Made by a program: the position numbers and the translations under genes | Notes under the pieces: model-generated | Database searches by the model: none | What the model was told of the DNA's origin: nothing | The model's input: only the letters and a program-made list of their open reading frames with translations | From: the human T2T-CHM13v2.0 reference genome, Homo sapiens | Assembly: GCA_009914755.4 (NCBI GenBank) | Contig: CP068257.2 | Span: forward strand, 25,344,001-25,408,000 | Length of the DNA stretch: 64,000 nt | Direction of reading: 5' to 3' | Shown: one piece after another, positions 1 through 14,407 of the stretch | Numbering within the stretch: the first letter of the stretch is position 1 | How the letters are laid out: each line of letters starts with the position of its first letter

Positions 1-214
1 TGGTTAAAAATAAATAAAGGCACTTTGAATTCCAGAGATGTAACATCTCTAGTTGAAGCGTGTATGTATGCCCTTAGCTACCTGCTTTAAACCAATCAAA
101 GAAAATATCTATAAATATGCTAAGCTTTCATTACAATAGAAAAAATTTTTGCCCAAAGAACTAAATCTTGGTCAAAAGAAACAAAAATGTGTCGATTATT
201 TAGGGATTTTAAGC

Positions 215-340
215 AGCATGTTCATGAGGTAGCTTGTTTTGCTAAGAATAGCATGACTTTGGGGTTGAAGAGTCTCGTGTTTGGTTTGAATCTCAATTCT
301 GCCAGTAAAATCCCTCATCTATTAAAATATCTACAATAAT
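215..340 (+). mobile_element. Possible MIR SINE relic (highly diverged)
   Basis: Segment 'gcatgactttggggttgaagagtctc...tctcaattctgccagtaaaatccctcatct' resembles the MIR core 'gctgtgtgaccttgggcaagttact...cctcagtttcctcatctgtaaaatgggg'. The match is weak. Confidence 0.3.
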
Positions 341-1743
341 ACTTTTGTCATTTATTAAAATGAGGAAATTACCAGTCTTCATATTTATTACAATAACTGT
401 TCCTTTGCTGCAATGTTGGGTGGAGTAGAAGTCATTTTTACACAGTACCCAGTACATTGTAGGCCTTTAATAATTAGAAATTGCTCTGCCATAGAATTAC
501 ACCATAGCAATTCTATGGAGCATCCATTGGAGGAAATGCATATGGCATGCTATCTGTATTTAAATCCAAAGCATTTCAAAGTCAATCAATTAAAGGTTAC
601 ATTTTTCATTTCTGTTCAAGGCAATATTAACATTGGTATTGGTAACTGATTAACAACTTATTTTAACAGTTTCACATTTTTCACTTCCATGTTTACCATC
701 CTCCTGTGTCCAGACTACAACCTCTTCACCCACCATCTCTCCTTTCCACACTGCCTGCCCAGTCAGAAAACAAAACAAAACAAAACACAAAAGTTCCACA
801 CTTCCAGAGTGACTTGTTTCTCTCCTCACCCTCCTTGCATTGCTTGACCTCCTTCTGGTCCTGGAATCACTCCAAGCTGAACATCATTAACCCAGAGCTC
901 GGACAAATTAGGTAGATAGAAATATTTATCAAGTGAATGAATGAATCGTACAAAGAGCCCACAAGTCCCCCTATCATTCTTTTTTCAGTTAATGACATTA
1001 GTATTCATTCATCTGCTGAATTAAGAAGCCTTGGATTCATTCTCATTCCTGACATATATTTGATCAGCAAGTCCTGGCAGTTTGACTTCAGAAATAACTC
1101 TTAAATTCATATTCTTTCCGTCACCTCTGTCTTATAATCTCCCCCGGGATGTTGCCATTGGTTTTTTAACTGGTCTCCTGGTCTCTGCCTGACCCCACAC
1201 TAGTTTCTTCTCTATATGTCTTCTAAGGTGAACACTATAACATATAAACAAAATCATATCTCATGAACCCCTATTGGCTTACTGCATTAAAGATCTTGAG
1301 AGTTCCCCATTTCTTACATATAAGTTCAAATTCCTTAGGACCACACAAAAAGTCATCCACAATAAGGTCCCAGGTTACCTCTTAAACTTCATTACTAGCC
1401 TTCCTTTCGCTTATCCCCTACTCCACTCAAATAGGCCTGTTCCACATTGTGAACACCTGTTACTATTTGATTGCCTCTGCACCTTTGTGCTATCTATCTA
1501 ATCACCTTCTTTCTCTTACTTATCTGGATAAGATGAATTTAATCTGCAAGTACAGCTGAAAAAATTTTTGTGACATGACCTTGACTCAAGGAGAAAGCAG
1601 TCTTTCCTTTTTTGTTAATGATTCATTTCATTAACACCATTAATGTTGTTTTTGTAAAGGATTTTTATTATTTCTGACATGTCTGTGAACCCTACAAGAC
1701 TGTGATCATCTCTGTGAAGGGATTCCTGTCTTTTCTTTGTACC

Positions 1744-2300
1744 TGTATTAATTTTCCATGTCTTCTTTAACAAATTATCACACACTTGGTGGCTTAAAAA
1801 AAAAAAAAAAAAAAAAGAAGACATTTGTTCTCTTCTAGTACTGGAGGCCAAGGGTTTAAAATTAGTATCTTTAGGCCAACAGCAAGTCATCAGCAGGGCC
1901 ATGCTCCCTCAGGAGGCTTCAGGGGAGAATCTAATAAACATTCCTTCTCTTCCTGGTGGTTACAGGCACCTCTTGACTTGTAGCTGCATCAATCCATTAT
2001 TTCCCTTCGAGGTCACATTGCCTTCTCCTCTCTTGTCAAATCTTTCTCTGTCTCCTTATGAGGATGCATGTGATGGTATTTAGGACCCAAGCAAATAATC
2101 AAGGATAATCTCTTTATCTCAAGACCCTTAAATTAATACCTCTGCAAGTACCTTTCCTCCCCTCCCCCCACAAATAAGGCAACAGTTACAGGTGCTTGAT
2201 TCCTTTGAGGACCACCATTCAATCTACTACAGTTTACCCTCTGGCCTCCAAAGTTTCATGTCCATCTCACATGCAAAATACACTCAAACCATTTCATCAT
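1744..2300 (-). mobile_element. MaLR LTR, MLT1-type (solo LTR, minus strand)
   Basis: Reverse complement reads '...ggcctccagtactagaagagaac...ttaagccaccaagtgtgtgataatttgttaaagaagacatggaaaattaataca'. This matches the MLT1 3' terminus '...ccagaactgtgagaaataaatttctgttgtttaagccacccagtctgtggtattttgtta...taataca'. The upstream body '...aggacaccagtc...gggcccaccc-like' is also present. The inner boundary is uncertain. Confidence 0.5.
1796..1817. repeat. poly(A)/(T) homopolymer run (22 nt) inside the MLT1 LTR
   Basis: Uninterrupted A22 seen directly at 1796-1817. Confidence 0.9.
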
Positions 2301-3627
2301 TTCTGAAAGTCTCAACCCATTACAGCATCAACTCAAGGCCAAAATTTCATTTAAACATGTCTGATTAAAAGCCCAAACCTCATCACCTTAATCATCTAAA
2401 TCAGGAATAGATGAGACTGTGGGTATAATTCAACCAAAGGCAAAAAACTCACCATCTGTGGACCTGTAAAACTAGAAAACAAGTTATCTACTCACAAAAT
2501 ACAATGGTGAGACAGAAGTATAACAGTTATAGAAATTACTATTCCAAAAAGGAGACAATGGAAGGAAGAAAGGGGTTACTGATTCCAAGCAACTTTGAAA
2601 TCCAGCAGGACAAATTAATTGGGTTTCAAAACCTGGGAATTATTCTCAGTGGCTCAAGGCCCTGGCCTCTGCTTTTGAAGTTGTGCTTGCTTTTTATTGA
2701 AGGGTAGTGCATGCCTGAAACTGAGTAGTTTCATCATCCTGTTACCTGCTTCTAGAGCTTTGGAAGTCTGACAATCTTCTTTCATTTGCCTGTCTCTGTT
2801 ACTTTCAAGACAAGCTCACAGTGTTTTTGCTGCAATAACACTCTCAAAAATGTTGTGGCTCTCCTGTGTATGTTATGGAATTCCTTCAATTAGACCAAAT
2901 GATCCTCCAAAGAGCTTTCCTAGTTAATTCTGTCTCTGTTTTTGTCTTCTGCTGAGATGACCTGGTAGATCCATGAGTCATATGCCAAACCTCTTTAGTA
3001 CCAGCAAAAGGTTGTCCAGCCACACTTTTGATCTTCTCTCCAGAGCACCCTTTCCTAATGAGTGAATCACCAAATTTTAGCATTTTTGTTTCCAATCTGG
3101 ATAGGCTGAGAATTTACCCATAATTAAATGTAGATTCTTTTTTCCTTAATTGTTCTTTTTTTCACTCTACCTCTTTCCACCCTCATTTTACTATCAGCAG
3201 AAAGAAGCAATTGAGCTGCACTTTCAACATTTTGCTTGAAATTTCCTCAGTTATATAGCCAAATTCATTGCTTTACAAGTCTTGCTTTCCACACAACTAT
3301 AGGGCACAATTCAGTTAACAAGCTGCCACTGTATAACAAGAGTTACCATTCCTCCAGTTTCCAATAACATGTTCTTCATTTTTTTCTGAATCTTACCAGA
3401 AGTGTTTTTAAAATCCATATTTCTACAAAAAGTCTATTTAAGGCAATCTAGATCTTTTCTATCCTGTGTCTCAAAATCCATCAAGCCTCTACTCATTACT
3501 CAGTTTCAAAGCCACCTCCACATATTTACTTGTTATATTGGCATCCTATACCCTACCTGCTGGTACCAAAATCTATATTGTTAAATTTCTACCAGAGAAA
3601 CAGAATGAATGGTTTGAATAGGTTCTG

Positions 3628-3646
3628 TTTTCTTTCTTTCTTTCTT

Positions 3647-3713
<67 letters not shown>

Positions 3714-3731
3714 TCTTCTCTTCTTTCTTTC
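3628..3731. repeat. (TTTC)n microsatellite with a short (TC)n interruption
   Basis: Direct read: about 25 TTTC units, with (TC)6 at ~3651-3662. Confidence 0.95.
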
Positions 3732-3805
3732 ATTATCATCTAATCTACCTATCTATAGCTATCTATTCAAATATAAATATAGACAAAGATATATATATAG
3801 ATACA
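3732..3805. repeat. Imperfect (ATCT)n / (TA)n low-complexity tract
   Basis: 'atctaatctacctatctatagctatctatt...atatatatagata' follows the TTTC array. Confidence 0.6.
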
Positions 3806-4050
3806 TTAAGAGATTTGTTGCAAGAAACTGGTGTATGCAATTATGGAAACTGGTGAAGTAGATAGAAAATCCATAGGGCGGGCCATCAGGAAAGCCAGGC
3901 TGTAAGTCTTAAGCACAATCTGAATCTGCAGTCCACAGGCAGGATTTCTTGGTCAAGTATGTCTCAGTTCTGCTCTCAGGCCTTTTAAATGGATGAAAAA
4001 TAATCCATCTGAATTATCTAGGATATCTTCTGTACTTTGTAGACACCTAA

Positions 4051-4353
<303 letters not shown>

Positions 4354-5329
4354 TAATTACAGATGTTAGTCACATCTACAAAATGCCTTTACAACAACAC
4401 CTACATCTGTTTGATTGACTAACTGCAGACTGGGGATTGTAGTCAAGTTGACACATAAAACTGATTGTCACAGTATTCTAGTGGTTAGGACAGGTTCTGG
4501 TACATCGTAGGCCTTCGCTTCATTTATGCAAATAAATAAGTGATGTCCCACTTTATAAGCTATACTTCTGCTATACTTGACTCTCTGTGGAGCTTGAATT
4601 CTATGGTTAGTTTCTTAAATAATGCCATTGTGAACACATTTAGCCATTCCTCAACAAGGGGTCAGCCCCACTGTGCATTTTTACCACTCCTGATCATAGG
4701 TATTAGTCATGATACCAAGAACATTTGCATAGAAAAATCATAGTTAAGAAGGGAAAGAAGTCTATATTGAGTCTCTAGTTTTTAAAAGGTACTTTTCATA
4801 AACGTTTCAAAGGATTTATTGTTTTGAATCCATTATTTAAAAGCTTATTTATTTAAATAATCTTATGAGTGTATTTGAGATTAGTTTTTCCCTCTTATTA
4901 ATTACTATTCTATATACTTACTATATTTGTTCCTTTTTCTCTACCTCCCTTCCAGAATCATGAATATGAGAAGTTATCTAGTGGTAGCAAGTTTCTACAC
5001 ACAGTTTACCAAGCTCTCCTAGAAAATTTCCAAAAAGTCAAACTAAAGTTAAATCCTTAAATTCCCAGAGATGTGAACTCTTCTTAATATACTGAAATAC
5101 TGCAAGTATTCCACATAAGTTTATTACCTCATTAAAGTGGAAATCCCTACTCTACATTTTTAACCACTTTGAAAATCAAAATGATATGTTAGTATTTTGT
5201 AGTTTTCACATTTTCCACGAATTACCAAAGATTACCTATAGAGACTTGGCTCATTCTCTGCAATTTTGTTCAAGTTCCTACAATATAACTCAGCAGGCCC
5301 AGACACTAAAGCATATTAAAAAATTAATA

Positions 5330-5608
<279 letters not shown>

Positions 5609-5926
5609 CATATTATCCTTGCTCTTTTTTCACTAATTTGAGGCTTCAATTTTAACTAAATGATTCATCTGTGTTTGAAAGTTACTCTTTTGACAGAGAA
5701 AATAAAAATAATATATAAGATTGTTGAATCTCAGCTCTTAAACTTATACACATCAACGATGTATCTCCTCTATTTTGTTTGGGTCTTTCTTAGACTTTAA
5801 ACAGTTGCTGAATGAATGATAAATTTTTACTGTTCTTAGCGTTTCTCAAAAGCCTCAGTTTTGTACTGTTTCTTCAGTAGTTTCAATTGTTATTTGTCTC
5901 TAGTAACCACTACTTTTCTTTCTTGT

Positions 5927-6245
<319 letters not shown>

Positions 6246-6299
6246 TCTTTTGTGTTTCTGATTTGCAACTATACATGTACCCAGGAGCTCTTAGCCCAG

Positions 6300-7000
6300 A
6301 TGTGTAGATTGCCTGAAGCATATGAACATTTTTCTTCTCCATGGGCACAATTTTTAATTACATACTTAGAATTTCACTTGCGATACACCCCAGTGTTGGT
6401 TCGTGGCTGGGATTCTTAATATTCCATCTTAATATTCCCTCCCTTGCAGAATTTTTATTCATGCGATCATCTTTGTGCTTTTTTCTCAATTTCTTGAAAT
6501 CCTGGTTATTAACTCTAGAATTTATGTTTGATAGGGTCAGATGCCAGGCAGTATGGATATACCAAATTGTTAAAATGTATTTCAAGTTGAGTCAACAACC
6601 CAGGGAATTGTTGAGCTTGTTTGGTGTGAAAATTTGAGTCAGGTACATTCTGTGGAATATTTTAATCTGAGTTTCCGTTAAATTGATTGGAAAAATGCCA
6701 AACCATGTGTTATTCGTAATTTGTTTTTCCACCCTGCCTCCTCCACTGTTACCCACATTCACCTGACCGTAAAAGGCCTTTTAACTAGGACGAACCCATC
6801 CATGTTTTGGTTCCTCAAATGTTTCAAGTTAGTTTTTCCAACTGTTGGGGTTTGGCAAACTCTTGTCAGCTTTTTGCCAAGGTGGTTATTTTTTTCTTTT
6901 AAATTTTCAAACCTGAGTGTGTTTTCTGGAAATGTAGTCCATATGTTTCTTATTTTTTTATATATAACTCATAAAAATAGTTTTTAATAATTATTTTATG
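6300..7000 (-). mobile_element. Possible old LINE-1 fragment (antisense)
   Basis: 'tttttctcaatttcttgaaatcctggttattaactctagaatttatgtttgatagggtcagatgccaggcagtatgg' resembles an antisense L1 segment from memory. The family is not confirmed. Confidence 0.3.
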
Positions 7001-8336
7001 TTCACAATATCTGTATGCTATTCCGTATCGGTCTCTTAGTCCATCCAGGAATGTTCCACCTTTTGTCTTTTAACTTAGGTGAAAAATTTTGAACCAAATC
7101 TGAAACTTGATAGGCCAGTACATTGAATGGTTGGCAAAATTTATTTTTCATTTCTCTCATTACCTTTAATAGAAACAAATAGTGTCCCTTTTGCCTAATT
7201 CAACAAAAAGTCAGGTCAGCTCAAATAACTAACAAGGAACACATGCAAATAGTATGTTAGAAATCAATGGGGAATGAGTTATTTATATTGTATCTATAAT
7301 TGCTAGACCCTTTTATTTTGGAAATCTTCTCCTTTCCACTCCCAGACAGACTTTTTTTCCAGAGACAATCATAATACTAATTCTCAAGTAGAACACATTT
7401 GAATTCTTTTCATTTTTTAGCATAAACCAAAAATGTTCAGTTGAATTTAAATCTTGATGTCTAAAGTCACTGGCACTTGTACTAAATTTTGACTTGTTTT
7501 CGTGTTTCATCTTAACTTATCTTACCTCCATCAGCTTACCTACTGTCTGAAGTGTGTTCTCCCTGAGTCTGCCCCAGCACATCACCGCACTAGTGCTGCC
7601 ATTGCCCTCACCATTACCCTACAGATCTCTTTCCTTGCTTCCACCTCTCTCTGCCTCTAATCCAGCCTTCACACTGCTACCTGTGAGGCTGAAGGATTGT
7701 ATTAGGTGCTTTATCTGACTCCCTGAGTTAATTATTTTTAATCCAAAAGATAGGTAAATAGATTTAAATTTCTGCAAGCATAAGAAAATCATTGGTATCC
7801 AGTGATCACTGCTCAATTTCAGTTTGCATATATGTTCAGATTTTTAAGGAACAAAATCAAATCCATTTAATTGCAATAAAATACAAATATAACCCTAGAA
7901 GTCGAGCTCAGGGGTAAATGTTAGCTACTTTTACAATTTCATAGAGAAGCATGGTATTGTCTATCAGTCAGTGAGCCAGGAGGAAACAGGTAATACATTT
8001 AAATGATGATCATTCCAGAAGGCTTTAATGAAGGAACTGTTGGCAAATGTGTGGGCATAGTGTGGGGGAATCAAGGGTTGGTGCAGGGTAATGAGAGATA
8101 ATGACAGTGACAAAAGTTGGGCACAGCAGGAAAAGAGGCTGAATCAGTTTTCAGGACCCTGAAAAGAGTCTGTAGAAAGGGACACATGGAAAGGAGCAAT
8201 GACCTTTGGTTGAAGAATGCAGCCAGCCTGAGGCAACCCCACAAGAAGATGGCTTTGGAGGCAAATAAATTCACTTGCCTCCTCTTTTTTGACCAAATGC
8301 AACAGAAGCCAGAAGACAATGATGTCCGCTAATATA

Positions 8337-8749
8337 CAGATGTTCCTCAAGTTACAATGGGGATACATCCTGATAAACCCACAGTAACTTGAAAATATCA
8401 TAAGTTGAAAATGTATTCAATACACCTAACCTACTGAACATCATAGCTTAGACTAGCCTACCTTAAACATGTTCAGAACACTTACATTAGCTTACAGTTG
8501 GGCATATTCACCTCTATTTTATAATATAGTGTTATCTCATGATTGCTACCCTTGAGAGTACGTGGCTGACTGGCAGCTGCAGCTCCCGGCCACTGCCCAG
8601 CATTGCGGAAGAGTATCTTCCCCAACTTCTCCAGCCCAGGAAAAGATCACAATTCAAAATTCCAACCACATTTCTACTGAGTGTGTATCCTTTTGTGCTA
8701 TTGTAAAATCAAAACATCTTAAGTCAAACTATCATTAGGGCCCCTTCTG
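8337..8749 (-). mobile_element. Tc1/mariner-superfamily (Tigger/pogo-like) non-autonomous DNA transposon, ~410 bp
   Basis: Left terminus 'ta|cagatgttcctcaagttacaatggggatacatcctgataaaccc' and right region '...ctactgagtgtgtatccttttgtgctattgtaaaatcaaaacatcttaagtcaaactatcattagggccccttctg'. These match a recalled MITE consensus in reverse complement, with termini 'cagaggtttccacttacgatgg...ccccatcgtaagtcgaggagcatctg' and TA flanks. Confidence 0.6.
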
Positions 8750-9139
8750 TCGTCCACACAGGTCAGCTTTCCAAGAGAGAAGGCAGGGTGGAAAAGGATG
8801 GGAAATGGATTTGGAGGGTCTAACAGAAATTTATCTGGGACATATTGCAAGGGCCACCAAAGACTTGTACAGTGAAGCTACAAAGGAGACACAGTGTTTA
8901 CTATACTCACTTGACTAGATAGTTCTAGGTACCTTCAACAGCTTTATAATTCATTTGCTTTTGATAATTGTCTCTGGTGTTGCTGGTTGACATCTTCTAT
9001 TGCATATGGACAATGATCATCTATAATGTCAGGATAATCGCAGGCCTCTAATTAAAAATGAGGAACATAATATTCTGTGACTATAAGCCTGGGAAGGATT
9101 ATCCTGCTCAAGCACATGGCCTTCAAAGAATATACTGTA

Positions 9140-9370
9140 CAGTCGCCCCTGGTATCCAAGGCAGACTGGTTCCAGGACCTCCATGGATACCAAAATGTGT
9201 GGATGCTCAAGTCCCTTAGTCAGCCCTGTGGAACCCGTGGATACAAAAAGCTGGTTCTCTGTATTGGGGTTGGGGGATTGTTTCACATCCCCCAAATACT
9301 GAACTGTGTTCTCCATCTGCAGTTGGTTGAATCCCAGGAGGCAGAACCCATGGATACAGAGAGCTGACTG
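9140..9370. mobile_element. Complete ~230-bp Tc1/mariner MITE (Tigger/MER-type) with TA target-site duplication
   Basis: 'ta|cagtcgcccctggtatccaaggcagactggttccaggacctccatggataccaaaatgtgtggatgctcaagtccc...ggttgaatcccaggaggcagaacccatggatacagagagctgactg|ta'. The termini are inverted copies (cagtcgcccctggtatcc / ggatacagagagctgactg). A TA dinucleotide is present on both flanks. Confidence 0.75.
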
Positions 9371-9989
9371 TATTCAATTTTTGCACTAGATTGTATCAAG
9401 TTTCCTTGGACTATTCAGATCCAATTTCTGGGGCCATCACACATGCCCTGATCTTGCCTAACCCTTCAGAGAGCCTCTTCTGATGGAAGGAGCATGGGTG
9501 AAGGAGTTAACAACAGACACGTGAAAATTTTGGTTTTGGTTCTTAGAAAAGCCATTTAACCTTGCTTAAGATTTATTAATGGGTTCCAGCCACAGGCATT
9601 CTGACTTGGTAGGTACAGGATGGTTTCTGGTTGTTCATGTCTTTTTGTAAAGTTCCACAAGTGATTTTCATGTGTGGTAGGACCGTTAATATGCAGAGTT
9701 CGATAAAGTGGAAGTGATTGCTTTGAGGGTTACATAACACTCCCTGCCTCTTAGCCACTGTAGCTTTTTGTTGAAATATTGAGTGGCCTTATTCACATTT
9801 ATGAGTTTTTGTGAGAACCATGCGCTGCTAAAGAGATAAGACAGGCTACTGGCATCAGACAGATTTAAAGGTCTGAATATACTCTCCCTTACATCATTTC
9901 CAGACTGTGTTCCGTAAAACTCTAGGTCTCAACAAAAATGCTTCTGATTTTTTAATAAATGTTTGATTTAAATTTCATTTTTATTTATT

Positions 9990-10140
9990 ATTGACAAAAA
10001 TTTATATATTATATATTTACAGTGTACATTGTATGTATGTGTGTATATGTATGTGTGTATATGTGTATATGTATATTTTTATATGTATGGTTATATATAT
10101 ACATAAATATATATAGTGTATATATAAGTACAAATATACA
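9990..10140. repeat. Imperfect (TG)n/(TA)n/(TATG)n compound microsatellite
   Basis: 'tatatattatatatttacagtgtacattgtatgtatgtgtgtatatgtatgtgtgtatatgtgtatatgtatattt...atatatacataaatatatatagtgtatatata'. Confidence 0.7.
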
Positions 10141-10730
10141 TGTTTAATGGTTCAGAGCCCTCAATAGACAATGCCATTATGCTCAAATTCAGCTAAATAT
10201 TGACCCATTGGAATAACCAGCACATTAACTTGAACTTTATAGTGTATCTTTTTTGGGGGAGCGGGTGGAAGTGGAGTGGGGGAAGGTCAATCTTAGAAGA
10301 AATATTTTTCTGTAATATTTAAATGTCTAATAAATATATAATTGAAATAAAAGTATTAATTTTGCATTATTTTTAAATTATCCAGTCTAATGCATATCTG
10401 CAAAAGTAAAATAATACTAGAAAATGTACTCTTTCCATACCTGTCATTAGGGTAAAGATTAAGGTCATCTACTCAGTGAAAGATGTTAATTTCACTTGTG
10501 AAGTAACAACTAATGTCATTATATCTCATTGGGATGATTTGTTAGCTATATCAAGCACTTGCTATAGGTAAAGCATGACAGCCTTGTTTTTAAGTAATTC
10601 AACTTTGAAACAAAATTGCTCACTGCAACGTTTTTAAAATATTTGAATTGGCTTAGCCTGTCCTGAGATTGCAAAGAGAGACACTGAATGACTGGTGTCA
10701 TTATAATTGCTTATTTATGTATGTCTGCTT

Positions 10731-10963
10731 TTCTTAGAGAAATAAAATATTTGCAAGGTTGATATGGAAACAGACAAGCATAATGCATACTTAAAAATTT
10801 TTTTAATAAATTTTTAAAAATTAAAAAAATAAATACTTTTTTATTTTAAATTAAATTTTAAAGAATAAATTTAAAAAAATTTAAAAAAGTGTCGGTATTT
10901 TCTTAGAGAAATAAAATATTTACCAAGGTTGATGTGGAAACAAACAAGCATAATCTATACTTA
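10731..10963. repeat. Two ~65-bp direct repeats (~90% identical) flanking a ~100-bp A/T-only block
   Basis: 10731-10795 'ttcttagagaaataaaatatttgcaaggttgatatggaaacagacaagcataatgcatactta' and 10899-10963 'ttcttagagaaataaaatatttaccaaggttgatgtggaaacaaacaagcataatctatactta'. Between them lies 'aaaatttttttaataaatttttaaaaattaaaaaaataaatac...'. Confidence 0.7.
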
Positions 10964-12096
10964 GTTTTAAAAAATTATTCAGCAGAGCTTCATTTTCTGA
11001 ATGATTGATTCTGCCATAAATTTTAACTTACCAAACAAACTCATACCAATAAAAGCTGTTCGTATCTGATTGTGGACTGTGATGAGTGTATGAGTGAGAT
11101 TTTATTTAGTAAACAGTTTTCCTTGCTAAAAATTAAAATATCTGATAACCGTGAATCTTATAGGTCTATACCCATTGAAAACCATGTTGTTTAATAGGCC
11201 TAAAAGAATGACTGTATAACATGAGTTGGCTAGTTGAGCCTTAATGACTATAATTGCATCCTTCTCTTTCAAAATAAACTCTATTTTCTCAATTCTGTCT
11301 CAGGGCTGTTTAGCACCTAAGCTATTTCATTTCAGATGTTTCTGGAACAATTTGGCATGCTGGTTTTCCCTCTATTTCTTCAAGTTTTCCTATAGAACAA
11401 GTCAATGTCTGGTTAATTAATTCATTGTTTCATTTAATTTTTATTATGATCTAGGCACTTTTCTAGAAATAGGATACAAAAATGATAAAAAGGACTTTAG
11501 AGATTCTTGTACTCAATTGTTATACCCGGTGGTTAATATCTTTTTCTTCCATGAGCCCATTAAGTTTTTGCTGTTGTCATTATGAATTCATTTGGTTGTT
11601 TTCTTTTCTTTCTCTGTTAATATCCCTTCAAGATATCTAGGCTATATATATTACCTTCCTAAATCACCGTGTGGAGCAGGGTAGACCAGCTTTTTGCTCC
11701 CACAGGTGGACCAGGGAAAGAAGCTAGACACGTATGTTCAGGAGTTTCCCACAGGATATTGTGAAGCTTAAATCATACCAAGAGATTGTCCTGCCCAGAA
11801 GCCAGGGGGATGGACTGTTAGGTCCCTTTTCAGTTAGCCATTGGCTATGAGGCAGCCCAGGAGTGGTGGTGGGGCGGAGTTAACTTGGTATGCATCTCCA
11901 GTTGAGTTAGCTCCTGTCTTGGTATAAGCTGTTAGCAGCCAACTACCGCAGCATCTAAGGGGTGAATACAGTGGTTCAGTGAAAGGAATCTGGGTAGGGC
12001 ACCAAGAAGTTATGTTGCAGATATTTTGAGAAGTGGGTAAATTTCACTGTAATAGAAATGTGATATTTGAGAAAGATGGATAACTGGTAGAGGCAT

Positions 12097-12624
<528 letters not shown>

Positions 12625-14013
12625 CTGTTTAGTTTCTTTGTAAAAACTTTATCACCTAATAGTGCCAATACTGTGTCTTGAATATGAAATTATACAATTA
12701 CGGCACTAAGATGACTCATTAGTCCAGGGATATGGTTATATTTGATCACACAACCTACAAGTTCTGTCATTATTCCATCCCACATAGTAACAAGGGTATG
12801 TAATCCCTGGATTGCCATTACCAGGTCGCAAATGGACCACCCTCATGACCCCATCATCAGCCATTGGTAATGATAAAAGAATAATGGAGACACCCCGACA
12901 AGGCACACATTGATTCAATTTTCAATGAACACAGACCCTGAAAGTGGCAAGAGTCTTTGGTGTTTTTTCCCCACATTTCAAATACAAGTGCACCTGTGTA
13001 TCCATTCATAGAGATTGAGCATTTAATCTCTATGAACTTTATTAATCTACCTGAAGACCTCCTAAATTCACCAGTCCAGTCTAATCTGGTGATGAAGCTG
13101 AAATGTCAGGAACTATGAGACATAGAATTGAGGCTTCATTATGTATGAGGCCCCACTGGGGCCAGGAACCTACTAGGCATCACTTGTTGGGGAAAAGAGC
13201 TCCTAAATTGAACATTGATTTCAAACTACAGTAAAAACTGGCTAGAATGCTAACTTTGCCCCCAAGATAAATCATAGTGTAGAGTTACTTCTAAATCTTA
13301 CTTATTAACCCAAATCAACATAATGACAACATCTATCACTTCTGGAATAGGACAAGTTTCTATTAGATCCTTACAAGCTTCCACTGTTCCCTGACTAATT
13401 AGTTAAAACTTCATCAAGACCAAATTACAAGGAAAAAACTTACGGTTTCCAAATACTTCTAAGAAATCACCAGCTCTTCCCTCTGGAACAACACACTCAG
13501 TGATGACCCAATAGTTCAGGATGCATCACATTAGGCCAAGATCCACTGTTAGACCAAGATGCCACCAAAACCAAACCACAGCTTTCAGCATCCACCATGT
13601 CGTTCCTATGCCAAAAAGGCCACAGACAGAAGTCAGAGGCCTTGCTAGTCCCTAAAGAACAGCACTAGACTCCATGAATTGTCAACAGTTGCACAAAGGA
13701 ATAAGTAAGTTCCAACCACCAGGCCCAACCCACAAGTTTCACTATTATAAATATCCAAAAGAGAGCTCTTTCACCTTTGCCTGGCAACAGACCTTCACAC
13801 TAAATCAATGCACTTAGCCTTGCAATGGTCTGTGCACTGCCTTCTCCTCAAACCAGACTCAAGTTAAGGTTTGGCAGGTCATCCAAAGCTTTTGACCAAT
13901 TTCTTCTTGCCAAATCCAAGCCCAGGGAAACTCTGCTTGCTCTTCCACTGAAGAGATTTCAGATCCCAGGATCCTCATCTTTCTAATGATAATCGTTTTC
14001 CTTATAAGAACCT

Positions 14014-14407
14014 GTATTCGTCCATTTTCACACTGCTATAAAGAAATACCGGAGACTGGGTAATTTATAAAGGAAAGACGTTTAATTGACTCACAGTTCC
14101 ACATGGCTTGGGAGGCCTTAGAAACTTACAATCATTGCAGAAGGTGAAGGAGAAGTAAGTACCTTGTTCACCGGTGGCAGAAAAGAGAAAGAGAATGAAG
14201 GGGGAAGAACCTATTATAAAACCATCAGATCTCGTGAGAATTAACTCACTATCACGAGAACAGGATTGGGGGAAACAGCTCCCGTGATTCAGTTATCTCC
14301 ACACAGGAAATAAGACACACGCATATGTCCCTCCCGTGACACGTAGGGATTATGGGAACTACAATGCAAGATGAGATTTGCGTGGGGACACAGCCAAACC
14401 ATATTAA
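14014..14407 (-). mobile_element. MaLR LTR, THE1/MST family (solo LTR, minus strand)
   Basis: 'tgtattcgtccattttcacactgctataaagaaataccggagactgggtaatttataaaggaaagacgtttaattgactcacagttccacatggcttgggaggcc...tgggaactacaatgcaagatgagatttgcgtggggacacagccaaaccatatta'. This is the reverse complement of the THE1 consensus (TGATATGGTTTGGCTGTGTCCCC...GGACTAATACA). Confidence 0.85.

Noticed and set aside
4480-4560. Possible MIR 3' end ('gtacatcgtaggccttcgcttcatttatgcaaataaataagtga')
   Set aside because: Only ~40 bp of loose similarity to the MIR tail. It is too short and diverged to call without a profile search.
11640-11990. Locally GC-richer stretch that might be a CpG island or hidden exon
   Set aside because: CpG dinucleotides are sparse (only a handful across ~350 bp), there is no ORF, and there is no promoter-like motif cluster. 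It reads as ordinary unique intergenic sequence.
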